A stretch of 63,520 bases of DNA, the filler included, from Hyphochytrium catenoides (taxonomy: Eukaryota; Protista; Hyphochytriomycota), in assembly GCA_900088475.1 (NCBI GenBank). It is 16 parts of 16 records of this genome, joined end to end, with 100 filler letters (N's around TTAATTAATTAA, not from the genome) between each part and the next. Parts side by side here need not be neighbours in the genome. Positions count along the whole stretch, not along the records: positions 31,895 to 51,062 come from FLMG01003952.1; 15 more parts are not named here. One strand, given 5' to 3'. Shown here piece after piece: positions 36,676-49,444 of the stretch. The position numbers and the translations under genes were made by a program. Under the pieces are notes generated by a model. The model worked only from the letters and a program-made list of their open reading frames with translations. It was not told the origin of the DNA and made no database searches. Every line of letters starts with the position of its first letter. Positions within the stretch are counted from its first letter, which is position 1.

Positions 36676-37072
36676 TCGCCAGAAGAATCGCTAAGTAAGC
36701 TGGCTGTCGGTCTGGCTCTTCTCCTTGCTTCTCTGTCACCATGGGCACCATCATCTCTCCTTCATTGCCTCTCCTGCTGGTCGGTCAGGCGAGTAGAGAA
36801 GACAAGACAGAGGGTCATAGCTGACATGGCTTGCTGCTTTCCAGGAAATCAAAAGGCAAGCTGCTGGAAACGAGTTTTGGCTGTTAGCGAGAGAACAGAA
36901 ACTCAAGTGGCTGTGCGCTTAACAAATGGGCGAAGCGCGTTTGCATCTCCTCAGCAGTGGAAGCCCAGACCCAGGGAGTTTCAGATAATTAGCACGCGGC
37001 TTCTTGGCTTTCTGCACCTGCGCTCCCATGGCATTGTCCAGCCCTCATTCCTCTCGTCAGCCTGAATCCTCC

Positions 37073-39038
37073 TCATAGGTCAATAACAGTCCTTGACTCA
37101 ACATCCGTCCCGGCCGTCGCCTAAAAAGAAATCATTGGAGTTCAGTGCAGTAAGTCATAGAGAGGGGAACACATCCCATATTTAGATGACAAAGGAGTTC
37201 CTCAAGGACGAGCGGGCTAACGTGAAGGAAGCATGACACATGGACGAAGGAGAGCTGAACCTTAATGAAGTCTTCAAAGGTGATAACCCCAGCTTCTGGG
37301 TCTGATGAGGCCTCTTCCATGACTCTGTCTACGATCTCTTCCACTGTCTGCAGCAAGAGAATGTGAAAAAGGCTCCCATTGCACATCCGATCAGGGCTTG
37401 AAAGAGAGACAGCAGCGAGGAAGTATTAAACCCAAAGCTTCAGACGAGGCCACCAACTAACAGGAGAAGGATAGGGACTAGGGTTGCTAGCCCGCATTCC
37501 CAGCCTTTGCTGCAGAACTGTAGACCAAGGTTGAAGGAGTGGCAGAGTAGCTTCCACTGAGGACCTGAGAAGCGTCTTACCACGGGTTTCATGCCGTTTG
37601 CAGCTTGCGCAGGCTCAGCTTCTGCCTCTCCAAGCCTCGTGGTCCGGCGAAGATAGGTCTCAAGGTCTTTCTTCGATATCTTGCCGTCATCGTCAAAGTC
37701 ATGCATCCTAAAGGCAGCTACAATGTTCATGAGAGAAGTTAGTGGCGTGCACATTGTGGAACTATTATGCGGTCGCTTGGTCACCTACCTCTAAGTCTAA
37801 CTTCTCTATTCTGATAATGACTGAACTGTGACATGGAGACCATGAAGTCCTGTCGCCGCCCAAAATTAGAAGAAAGAGAAATGAATGAGAGGAGTGGTAA
37901 GCACAGAGACTAAATAGAGAGGAGAAGAAGGAGAAGGGGAGAGAGAAGGAGAGAGAGAGAAGAGAGGGCACAACGAGTTACTCAGCAAATAGTTTCTCTC
38001 TTTGTCTTGTCAAAGAACTGCTCTTCGTCTGTGTACCTTGAAGGACATGTTTCCTGTCTTTTTGTCGAACTCCAGACACTTCACGATCTGATCTTTCAAT
38101 GGATTGGCATGAATCGCTGCATATCGAGGAGAAAGGAGAGGAAGAGATTGAACAGAAGAATACGGCGAGAGAAAGAGAGAAGAGAAGAGAGGGACACAGG
38201 TTAATGGCACATCCTTAAGGGGAGAAGACGGTCTTCTCGACCAGGATGCAGTATCAAGTCATATGCGCCGGAGAGAGATGTGAGAGAACAAAAGTGCCTC
38301 AAGGTGTAGGTATAACAGCTGCAGCGGGAGCCAAAGAACTTAAGCACGCCTCAAACTGATAAGAAAGGAGAAGAAAAATGAGAGGCAAAGAGACAGTACG
38401 TGAAGCGGTGGAGAAAAGCCAGCAATATCTCACGCTGAAAGGGAGAGAGAGAGAAAGAGAGAGAAGAGAAAGAGAGAGAGAGACGAGAGAGAAATGGGGA
38501 GTAAGAGAAAGAGAGCGAGAGAGAATCAGAGACAGAGGAAAGAAAGAGGAGAAGAGAACTCAGAAAAGAGAAGAGAGGAGAAAGCTTAGTCCTTCTGACC
38601 AGGAATGGCACTGAATTCATGTAGAGCCATTTGTCCGTCTCCGCTATAAATCATAAACTTCGAATAGTATTTCACTATCTCTTTCTTAGGGTCTGGCGGG
38701 AAGAGAAAGAGAGACAGAGACAGAGAAAGAGAAGAGAGGATGAGACAAAGGATAAATAAAGGAAATGGCAGAGAGAGAGAAAAAACGCGAGGCAAGAGGA
38801 CCAACGGGAAAGACAGGGGGAGACAACACAGAGAGAGAGTTATGACCACAAGTGATAGATTATGGACATGGAGTGTGTAGAGAGAGAGAGAGACAGACAG
38901 ACAGACAAAGAAGAGACAGAGAGAGAGGGAGAGAGAGAGAGCGAGAGAGAGAGCGAGAGAGAGAGCGAGAGCGAGAGAGCGGGAGACAGAGAGAGAGAGA
39001 GCGAGAGAGAGCGAGCGAGAGAGAGCGAGCGAGCGAGC

Positions 39039-39072
<34 letters not shown>

Positions 39073-39281
39073 GAGAGAGATTGCTTACACCCAGTGATCA
39101 TGTGTATCTCTTCTATATCCTCAAGAGAGAGAGTACACACATCTTTCGTGGTGGCGCTCTTGTATGCCTGGCTCACCCAGTCTCTCAGTGCCCTCAGCCC
39201 GTTGGAGAGACTGGATGGAGCCTTGGGCGGAGCAGCAGCAGAAGCAGGAGGCGCTACTGCGCGCTCCTCGGCAGCCTTCAT
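37073..39281 (-). CDS. Calcineurin-B-like / CIB-type EF-hand calcium-binding protein, ~7 exons
   Basis: Exons: LSLEDIEEIHMITG / PKKEIVKYYSKF / AIHANPLKDQIVKCL...MSFK / DFMVSMSQFS...RL / AFRMHDFDDDGKISKKDL (EF loop) / VEEIVDRVMEEA...ITFEDFIK / ATAGTDVESRTVIDL*. Confidence 0.88.
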
Positions 39282-39478
39282 TGGCTTTAAGGAAGAGAGA
39301 GAGAGAGAGATCCTTCCTTCCTGCAAACAGCAAGACAAGGCCTAAAATTCCTGAAATGTGAAGGTACTCTTTCTAGGAGAGGAGATCGAGATTCCGCTAG
39401 GACGCAGGGGTAGAGCGGCGCTCTGTAGTCGAACAATTGGTTGAACGGGTAAGAAGATGGAGCAACATCGGAGCCACA

Positions 39479-39515
<37 letters not shown>

Positions 39516-39683
39516 GTGAAGCCGTGGAAAACAAGGATTTTGAGATTCGATCGCTTCTTGACAGGGATGGGTGGGCCTCCTTGGCAGCTTTAGCACACAG
39601 CTCAGTCTTCCCACCCGCTTTCTGTAACGCTTGTCCCTATAAGTTCTTCTTTCGCTCTCTCTCTCTTTCTCTCTCTCTCTCTC

Positions 39684-39785
39684 TTTCTGCCTTTCTCTCT
39701 CTCTCACGCTTGAACCTCCTCCTCCTGCTCTTTCTGCCTTTCTCTCTCTCTCACGCTTGAACCTCCTCCTCCTGCTCTTTCTGCG
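39684..39785. repeat. ~52-bp tandem duplication upstream of the EF-hand gene
   Basis: ctctctctcacgcttgaacctcctcctcctgctctttctgc occurs twice. Confidence 0.85.
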
Positions 39786-40668
39786 GCCTTGTGCGGAGAG
39801 GGCTTCGTTGCGCTAGTCTTTCCTCTCTCTCTCTCGTGTCTCTTTCCCTCGCTTCATTGTCTTTTCTATCTAGGCAGATTCCATTTAGTGCTCCTCTTGC
39901 TCACTCATCTCAAGCATTTAAAGCATCTTTCCTTCTTTCTCTGTCTCACTCCTGGAAGATATGGGCGCTATCCTCTTATTTTGGTGCGTCTCTTTTTCCC
40001 ATCAGAAGCTCTCTTTCCTCTTTTTCCTTCTTCCTTTCTCCTCACCGCCAACTCTGTCTCTTTCTCTCTATTAGTTGCTTCCAACCTCAGCATGTCTCTT
40101 TGCCAAGCAAGCAAAGACTCTGTCATGTCGTCTCCCTCCTTTTCTCCTGCCTGTCCCTGTCTGTTGCTGGTCATCAAAGGAGAAGAAGGAAAGAGGCAAC
40201 ATGAACTATCTTCTGCTGATAAATATAATAAACACAAAGACAAAAGGCAGCAAAAAATGACCAGAGGACAGTGAACTGAGTAAGCACCATCGGCCAACAG
40301 AGATTCTGCTGAGAGTGTGAGAAAAAGAAAGAAGACGGAGGGAGAGAGACACAGAGAGAGAGAGAGAAAGTGGGGGAGAGAGAAGACACAGATTTGGAGC
40401 AATAAATAGACAAAGAGCGAACCTTGAAGGCGAATCATCCGAGTGAGTCAAATAGAAGAGAAAAAGTGTGTCTCTGTGTGTGTATGTGTGAGAGAGAGAG
40501 AGATGCAGACTCTGGCCTCTGAGTGTCTGGCAACAACAATGTCACACAGGTAGCGAGAGTGGAAGATTGCCATCGCCTCAAAGAGAGAGAGAGAGAGAGA
40601 GAGACGAGCTGTCACCTGGCAGCCCGCTAGACAGATCGATATGCCCTTGAGGGAGGAAGAGGGAGCAC

Positions 40669-43600
40669 TCAGTCCGCCCGAAGAGAGAGAAAAAGAGTCA
40701 TATCGCTCAGCTGCACAGGCGGTTGGTCTTTCACTCTTCCTCGTAGGACAGCGCAGAGATAGACGCCAAGAGAGAGAGAGAGAGAGACATCGCCATTAGA
40801 AAGTAAGTGCCCATAAGAAGGAGGGGAGACTGAGGCGGTAACAGTCCCTGCCTGCTCGGCTTCTTTCTCTCTTTCTCGTCCACGCAGAGGTCTTAATGCG
40901 CCCTCAAAATAGGAAGGAGTCGAGCTTGAGAGGGGAGAGAAGAGAGGGAAGCGATAGACTGCCAGGAGAGACTCTCCTAGGAAGAAATGCAGCGTGGCAT
41001 AGAACTGTGCGGTCGTGGACTTGGTAGCCGCAGAGGGAGAGAGACACGGAGAAGGGTCTCCTCTCTCTATCCGCAGCCGCTGGGAGAGAGTCTGTGACTC
41101 TCCCGCCACCAACCGGCAGCCTCTTGGAGCAGTGAAGAGTGTCTCCTTCCTCTGTTTGAGGCCTGAACTTGAAGAGAGAGAGACAACGCACGCCACTTCC
41201 CCTCCATCCTCTCCTCCTTTCCATACAAAGTAGCTGCGAAAGTGGTCACGAAGACAGAGTCCGGAGAGCCTCCCACCTCCGCCCCATGAGAAGGAGGCGG
41301 GGAGATCAAGAGAGAAGCAGAATTCTGCTGTCAAGGAAGCGCGGTCCGTTGAAGAGAGTGTGAGAGGCTCAAAATAGCGGCAGAGAGCAAAGCCTTCAAC
41401 AAATTCTCCTTCTTCCTCTTCCTCCTGCATCTCTCTCCCTCCAAGAGCTTTCGACAGCCCCGTCGGTGGCCTCTGAGATGGGAGAAAGCTCACAGTCCAG
41501 CTCTCTTGTGAGGAATCCGACGTCGACGATGAGAGCGCAAGAGCCTTTCTCTCTCCAACAGTGATGGCTTTTCTTCCTTCCTCTCTTTCTTCTTCTTCGA
41601 TATCTCTCTTCACGTTTTCAAGACCAGTCCAGAAGACAGTCCTCCAGCGTCCTTTCTTTGATGACGTGTCAAGAGGAAGAGGGTAAACCAGCACTTTTTG
41701 GACCAAAGGCTTGTTCATCTCTCTCTCGGGTCTACCCTCTTCTTCGTCCTGCCTCTCTCTATCTTCTTCGTCCATCGACCGGTTAAGATGACTCTGCAGC
41801 TCTCGTTTATCGTCAGCTCTCTCTTCTCTCTCTTGTGAGAGCCGGAGCTGAGTCTGGAACTGTCGGTATAGGCCAGAGACCCAATACTTCCGCCACATTT
41901 CTCTCTCCTCGCCATAGGTTCTCAAGCGTTCCGCGGTTACCTCATGAGGCGTATCCACCACGTAAAGGAAAGGAACCACGGCGAAGGAGAATGAGAGAAC
42001 GGAGAGAGAGAAGCAAAAGGATACCTTATCCTTTCCGTAGCCTGTGAAGCGGTTATCGAAAGAAGGCGCGTGAAGTCTGCTGAAGACGCCAAACGGCTCA
42101 TAACCGTCCGCATAGTCCACGTCGTAAGGAAGTAGGTCCTCTCTCTCTTCTCGGACGAGGAGACTCTCTCTCCCTTTCTCTCCTTCATTATGGGATTGTC
42201 CGCTCAGCCAGACGTCATACAATGTAGAGAAATGTCCTTCTGGATACTGGGAAGCGTGGAACGCAGTGACACTTCCTGGAGAACCAGAAGAGGCATAGAT
42301 GAGCAGACAACCAAAGGCTGAAGCGAGGGGAACACTAAGAGACAAAGAAGGTAAAGATCATACCTTCCGCGAAGCCAGCTCTAAGGTGCTCTTTGGCCTC
42401 TTTCCAATCCTTCGCGGCCAGAAGACTCTGAAGCTTTGGGTCTTCTGCGGTCTGTACTCCAGGGACTTCCACAGCAGGAGTAACCAGATATTTGTGCTCT
42501 TCAACGCAAAGGTGCCGCAGAGTTTCATAGGCCTCAACAGAGAGAAACGGACTCTCTGCTGGTCTGTCTGCCTCTTGACTCTCGCTCTGCGAGTCGTTCG
42601 TCCAAGAGAGAGGAGGAGGAGGGAGTACGACTGGGAGCAAATCGACGTCCAAAAGAAAGACGAGGTCCGTCTTTGCCTGCTGGAGCGCTATATTACGTAA
42701 GAGGTTGATCGGGAACGGTCCGGGGCTCTGAGCCGCGAGAGAGAGACACGAAGTCCTTCGCTGTAGAGAGACACAGTGCACATTTTAGGTATTCATCATG
42801 GGAAGAGGGCAGGAAATGAAGAGAGACAGGAGACACAAAGAGAGATTTGGAAGATCATAAGATCCCACCTCTCTCACAACCGCGATGTCGAGCTTCAGTG
42901 CCGCGTGGTGGTCCTCCACTTTGCTCTGTAATGCTTTTATTCTAGCGACAGAGCTCTTATAATCCGCAGTGCAAGGAACATAAATAGCTGCCGAGATGAC
43001 GCTGGGCTGGAGAGACAAGAGAGGCATTAAGGACAGAATAATGAGTGTGTCGGGCAGACAGAGGAGATAGCAAAAATTGGAAGAGGCCAAGACGCCATAA
43101 GACTTAGGAAGAGTGGCGAGAAGGTTCGTTTCTAAGGCTAATTGGCTCACCCACCAGCCGCATTGACTTAGCGGAAAGATAAAGATGAGGAAAGTCGAGA
43201 ACGAGGAACCGAGGGATGGATGCAAGGGTGGAAGTAGAAGAGTTGAGGCGGCGGAGACGACGTACCCATCGAGAGCACAGCCTCTCGAGCTGCTGAAGTC
43301 TGTCAAGTGAACAAGAGGTGATGATGGTGATCTCTACGGCTGATCGTCTTTTCGTGCTCTCTAAGAGAAGAGAAAGAGTGGGACGCGGTTCTCCCCTCCT
43401 CCAGCCCTGCTCACGGTAGATACAGCGGAGCTCATAGAACTGTGCGATTACATCTTCCTGTCTTCCTAGGAGCTGCTGTTTGAGTCTATCGTCGCCTTGT
43501 AGCCAGAGGCCGTGGACGCCTTCATCCTTCATTTTTCTATCTTTCCCGTGATATTGTCCCTGCCTTCTCTTGAGAGAGTACTCATACGGACTGAAGTCAA

Positions 43601-44386
43601 TCTCCCGTTTTGCCTAAGAGCCCGTGGGAGCGATAGAATAAGGGAAAATTGAAAGATTTGGGAGGATCAAGAGAGAGAAACGGCAAGCATGAGAGATGCG
43701 AAAGAGGGGCGAACTGGGACGGAACAAATGATGGAGATGGAATGAAAGAAGAAGCCGTTCTCTATTCGCGGATATGAAGCTAGAGACAGCTTATGGAGAG
43801 TTCAAAGAGGCAGAGGAAAGGAGAAAACTTGTGGCCAGATTCAGCTGGATAGGGAAGGGCAGCATGTCGAGGACATGGGAAGATTGAGGAGACCGTCCAT
43901 CAAAGGCGGAAGGTACCTGCTTGTAGAGGATAAGCACCTCCCTAAACCTCTCCCTTTTCCTTTTCTCTTGCCCTAGGGTCGCAAGATAGCTCTCCGACTT
44001 AGGGTGTGGAAGATGGAGGAGGCAATGTAGAGGGTCCACCTGGTAGCGGAACCCTAAGGCGTGGAGATGATAGCAGAAGATTGTCTTATTGCGCCCATAG
44101 CCAGAAAACCTGCAGTCAATGAGAAGGCGTACCCTTAGCCTAACCCAACTATGGATAGCTGAACTCTGTCTTTCGAGCATCTCTGTATGCTGCCACTCAC
44201 TGCACTGCACGAGCTGGCTCCAAGCCCTAAAATTTTTACTAGGTAATGGCTCACCTCTCGTCATACGGAGGAAGATAAAGCCTGAAGGCTATAAAAAACG
44301 GCTCATAGAGTTCCTCGTAGTCCACTGTGTAGACAGTAGCTGAGCCGAACCATCTAACCAGCATGGAGAAGGTTAGATCCAACAGA

Positions 44387-44433
<47 letters not shown>

Positions 44434-45328
44434 AGAGAGAGAGAGATAAGGAACGAGATCGCCACGAAAACGATGCAGTCCTCAGCCCCGAGGACATCCA
44501 ATGACGCAGGCTTCTCGTTTACCTAGAGTAATCTGTTGATCGATGGCCCTGCGGAAAGATATCAAGAGCGAAGGGCTGCAGCTGTCCCCTTAGGAGGGCT
44601 TCCGATATATATCTCTTGGAAGAGAAGAGCTCATCCAGACTGAGCTCAGGAGAAGAGCGAGGAGAGGAAAATCCAGGGGAGCCAGAGGGTTGAGGGGAAG
44701 CCTCTGCGGCTGAGGAGAGAAGATCAAAGGCAGGGATGACGTGAAGAGCCTTAGCGCCAGCACAGTCTTGCCAGAGCCCGATATAATGCTCACAATCCTG
44801 ATAGTATCTACTCAGCGCAGGATGAGGAATGAAGTCCACATCTACCACGAGGACCTAAACAAGGGAAAGATATAGGTTCAGAGACAGAAGATCCAACTTC
44901 TAACGCATCAATATGAGAGAGAGAAGAGAGAAAGAAGAGAGAGAGGAGAGAGAGGGGAGGAGGACGAAGGCGAAACAGTTGTTTCCTCTTTCCCTCCCCT
45001 CTTCTTGGACACCCGAATCCTTCTTCTCTGTCCCATTTGACTATCTCCCTTCCACATTGTCTCTTTAGCCGCAGAACCCCGATAGCTATGTGACTTACAA
45101 GGTCCGTGATAGCTAACTTCAAGGCAACATTCCGCAGAGCATTGATCGGGTACAGAGTGTCGCGGGAACGGCTCCAACATGGAGGCAGAGAGACCGTCGA
45201 AGTTAGAAGTTCGATGTGAACTTGATGCCCAGCGCTGAGGAAAGCAGTGAACGAAGACATGTTGCAAAGGTTGACATGAGGAAAAGAGAGAGTGAGTGAA
45301 AAATAAAGGAGAAAAGGGAAGGAACGAG

Positions 45329-45376
<48 letters not shown>

Positions 45377-45446
45377 CGGCGAGTTAGCGGAGGTAGCATG
45401 CGAGCGAGTGAAAGAAGGGAAGAGAGAAAGGGAGAGTGAGGGAGAC

Positions 45447-45477
<31 letters not shown>

Positions 45478-45854
45478 GAAGGCGCTTACTTGCGCTCCTT
45501 GGTCTCGGCAAAAATGCTGCAATGAGAGTGGTCAGCGAAGATGTGCTTAATAACTACCTTTCCGTCTTTGACACACAAGAGGACATGTTACTGACCGTGA
45601 CATCACGTCCTCATAGCTCTGACAGCTCACTCTACGTGGCAGGTAAACGGCTACAGCCACCGAGGACGTCCAAGTTGCAAGCTAAAGAGGCGATGAGAGC
45701 CATGATCGTCATGAAGGTCCAATGTAGTTGAAGAAGTGTGTACCTGTTGCTCAAGGTAAGGTAGCCGGTCGACGCTACAGTGTGAGACCAACGTGATGCT
45801 GGAACTCGGGACAAGGGCAGGAGCCGCTTTCCATGACTTGATTTTCTGCAGCAT
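40669..45854 (-). CDS. Multi-exon glycosyltransferase with two tandem GT49 (LARGE-GlcAT/B4GAT1-like) domains and a C-terminal PL14-like domain
   Basis: Domain 1: ITLVSHCSVDRL, YPINALRNVA, VDVDF, VIPAF, GH..TDY.RW, YEPF, P.YDERFSGYGRNK, HLPH. Domain 2: ITIITSCSLDRL, FPINLLRNIA, LDVDL, YPEGH, YEPF, FDNRFTGYGKDK. GT-AG borders at most exon ends; the start codon is tentative. Confidence 0.88.
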
Positions 45855-46641
45855 GGGTCTTTCAACGTGAGGTGCCTGTAGGGCAATTCACCTACGGACC
45901 AATGCTACGGGCCTATGATCCCGCTTGAGCGCGCCATACTCCGCCGTAGCTACAAATGACATGCTAGGACAGGCCGTGCGTCTCACGACCAAGGCAATGA
46001 GATTGGCAGCTCCTGCGCGTTCTTCAAGCTCTCAAGGACTGTCCCCGATGACGAGTCTCTATCTCTTCAGAACTCTGACGCACCGACCCCGCCGGGCCGC
46101 GCTGCCCAAAGGAAAGCCTTCAAAGGCTTCACATCCAGCACCAGAGTCCGCATCTCCCCGCCAAAAAAAAAAGAACAAATCAATACCACTGATAATCAGA
46201 GATGAATCATTATAGACCCTTATCCCCTATATCTCCATAGCTCCTCCAAAATCAAAACCAGCAATCGTTCTTTCTCAGTTATCGTATATAGTGATATAGA
46301 ATCACACATCAGTCCTACCTAGTGGATCCATCACCTCGACAAGAAGTCAGAAGGCAGAGGAGGCAGGGAAAGCCTCAGAAGACACTTTCTTCTTCATCAA
46401 CCGCGATCTTTCTTCCCTTCCTCTCCCTCGCTCACTGCGGCGAGAGAGAGAGGCAGACAGACGGGACAGGCAGAGATCAATCAATAATAGGAGAACTGAG
46501 GACAGACTGGCAGAGACTAGTGCCGTTACTTAGATAGGGGAGGAGGAGGCCAAGGGAGACACGCAACCGCTGTCCTGCAAATCAGGAGTGGAAGGCTTTC
46601 TTCTGGACTAAGCCTCGCGCGGCGGCGCGGATCTTGGAGCG

Positions 46642-49132
46642 ATGAGAAGAGCGGCGGCATCAGGTGTGTTGCTCTGACTTAGCTAGGCTTTATCTCTGGC
46701 CATTCAGGCTGGCAGCTGATAGTTTCCTCATCCTTCTTGTCCCTCATGTCTGTTGGGACGTGCAGCGCTTCGCTTGCCAATAAGAACGCCTCATGGATCT
46801 GGAAAGTCTCCTCGAGCTTGCGCAGGACAGGACATTTTATCAGTTCATTTGTTCCAGCCACAAGCACTTTCTCGGTCTCTTTCGTCCGCTGGACGGTGCA
46901 GTGCTCTGCACGGCGTAGCTCCCTGGAGACGCTTGGCCTTGCCTCTCTTTCGTCTGACAGATGGTCTTCACTTTCATCATAGTAAGTGACCAAACAGAGA
47001 GGATGTTAGAACTGTCAAAGGTTTATGAAGGGAGATAGCAAGAGGAGAATGTGTAGAAACGCGGAGACGACTGAGGAGTAGAGAAGCAAGGAAAGAGAGA
47101 GAGAAGGAGAGCGGGGACTGACAGAGAGGGAAAGAGACTGCAAAGTATCGACTCTACGTACTCATCGTCTCCCACGCCCGAGCAGGGAGCTTTAGTGATG
47201 ACGCTGATAAGAAGAGAACTAGAGTGCGGAAGAGGAAGGAGCAGATCTTTTCCTTTGTAAGGATCTGTCAAGCCTTTCCCTATCTTTGTCCTTGGGCCGG
47301 TGGCTCTGTACAACCCTGCTGCTCCTCGACGAACAGTGAAGCCTCTTGCCTCCTCTCAGCTCTTGCTGGGGCCATTCCCATGCTGCCTACTTCATCTTGG
47401 TGACACCTTTCTCTCCTTCGTCGCTCCTTCTCTCTGCCATTTCTCACTCATTTGCGACTTCGATTGCTGACTCTTTCTTCGGTGTGTGGCCCACAGATCG
47501 CGGACAAGAACCTGAATGTGGCGAACGGCATCACCATCTCGAGAATACTTGCCACGCCCTATCTCGGTTACCTCCTGCTCTCAGGAGACACCAAGTCAGC
47601 TTTCTTCCGTGCGTGCTCTCTTCTTACCTCCTTGTAGCTCGTCGCTCTCTGCGAGTAGACTCCTATACTTTTGTTTTCCTTCTGACTCATTGCCACTCTG
47701 ACTCGTTCTGAGCATGGCCCTTCTCTCTTCTGGCACTGCTCTCCCCTCTTCCAGCCCCTTCTTCTTCCCTCCAGCTGACGGATCTGCCGTAGTCTTCACC
47801 GCGGCAGGAGTGAGTGACTGGCTGGATGGCTATGTTGCCAAGAACTATAATCAGCAGGTAATTTATGCATCAGAAGTGTCCAAAATTGAAGGGGAGCGCA
47901 GGACTTGAGGAGACGGAGGGATAAAGGACAGCGAGAGATAGAGAACGATGGGAACACGCTGTCAGCCGCTGTGATGGAGAGAAGGAGAGGCGGGAGTGTT
48001 TGTGTGTCAAGGAGAGAGAGGGGGGAGAAGGAGAGGAAGGAGAGAGAGAGAGATTCCTCAGGCTCAGGCGCTTAGTCTTATATGCTAAGCTAGAGGATAT
48101 CCTTCTACCTCTTCCCATCGGTGCTTTCTTTCTTTTATTTCCAAGGGTATAACTATCACTTACCTCTCTCCCTCCCTTTCCTTCCTCGTTGTCCTTCCCC
48201 CCGCCGTGCCCGCAACCCACGGTTCCGTCGCATATCAACAGTCGGTCCTGGGCTCGTTCCTGGACCCCCTGGCCGACAAGTTCTTCGTCACCACTGTCTC
48301 TCTTTGCATGGCCGGCTCCTCCCTTCTCCCTCTTCCTCTCGTTTCCCTCATCATCGGAAGGGACCTGCTGCTGATCGGTGGCGCTGTGATGCACAGAGCC
48401 AAGACGAAAGCTCCAGACGCGAAGTTCTTTGATACCACGGACGCCTCCGTCTTCCACGTAGAGCCGTCTCTCCTCAGCAAGGTAACAGCGCGCAAAGAGA
48501 CACACTCCAAGTTGCCCCAGCTTTTTGGGGCGATTGTCTGCTGATGTGCGCTCTCCTCTCCTTTGCATCGTTCTGAGTGTCCTTGCCATTCTGAGTTCCC
48601 ATCTTCTCAATTCTTGGTTGTCAAAGCATCTGTGTCCTTGACCTTTTCCCTCGTTTCTGCTCTCTCCTTTGCAGGTGAATACGGCGCTCCAATTTTCTCT
48701 GATGGGCCTGGCGATGACCAACGCCGTCTGGGAGATCCCAACAACACCGTTTATTGATGGACTCTGGTGAGACATGCTCATCTGACCTTCCGGGTCTCTC
48801 TCTCTCTCTCTCTCTCTCTCTTTTCTCGCACCTTCCCTCTCTCTACCTCCTTCCACACGCCTTAGATCTCATCCCGCACCTTTCTCCCTGACAATGGTCC
48901 TCTGTCTTGCTTCCTTTCCTTAATGACTCCTCATTGTGTTAGCAGTAACACTCAGACCAAAGAACTTGGCGGACACTGTCTCTCCTGCTAACATGCTTCT
49001 CCCATCATCGCCTTCGAATCTTCCCTTTGTACGTTTCGCAGCTGGACTGTCGGTGCTACTACTGTCCTCTCAGGAACCTCATACCTACGAGACTACCTGG
49101 CAGGCAAAGGCGCCTTAGTCAAGGGCAAGTAA
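46642..49132 (+). CDS. CRLS1: Cardiolipin synthase (CMP-forming; CDP-alcohol phosphatidyltransferase family), multi-exon
   Basis: NVANGITISRI / SDWLDGYVAKNYNQQ / SVLGSFLDPLADK (D-G-x2-A-x9-G-x3-D-x3-D type signature) / LIIGRDLLL / EPSLLSKVNTALQ / TTVLSGTSY...GK*. Arg/Ser/Ala-rich N-terminal exons; the 5' structure is tentative. Confidence 0.88.
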
Positions 49133-49444
49133 GCTCCAATTGTCACGAAGGACGACAGACCCAGCAAAGAGATGCAAATAGGAAGAGGACACGCAAGAGA
49201 TCAAAAGGGACGAAACGACACTTACGGGCCGGAGAGACTCTCCGCTAAACCAGAGAAAAGAGAAAGAGGAGGGAGAGCGAGAGACAGAGAGAGAGAAAGA
49301 ACGCTATCATCAAACCAGCAAGAGCCAGCTGACTTACAAATAAAGGGTTATCATTATGGCTTTTTTAAGGATATGAAGGAGAGCTCTCTCCTTTCAATCT
49401 TTATTGTCAAATCATTGTCTTATGCCTTGAGCTGTCTTTACGGC

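Noticed and set aside
46679-46993. 104-aa minus-strand ORF
   Set aside because: Lies antisense to the probable targeting-peptide exon of cardiolipin synthase, has no ATG start and no recognisable motif.
47870-48856. 328-aa minus-strand ORF
   Set aside because: Antisense to cardiolipin synthase exons and CT-rich introns.
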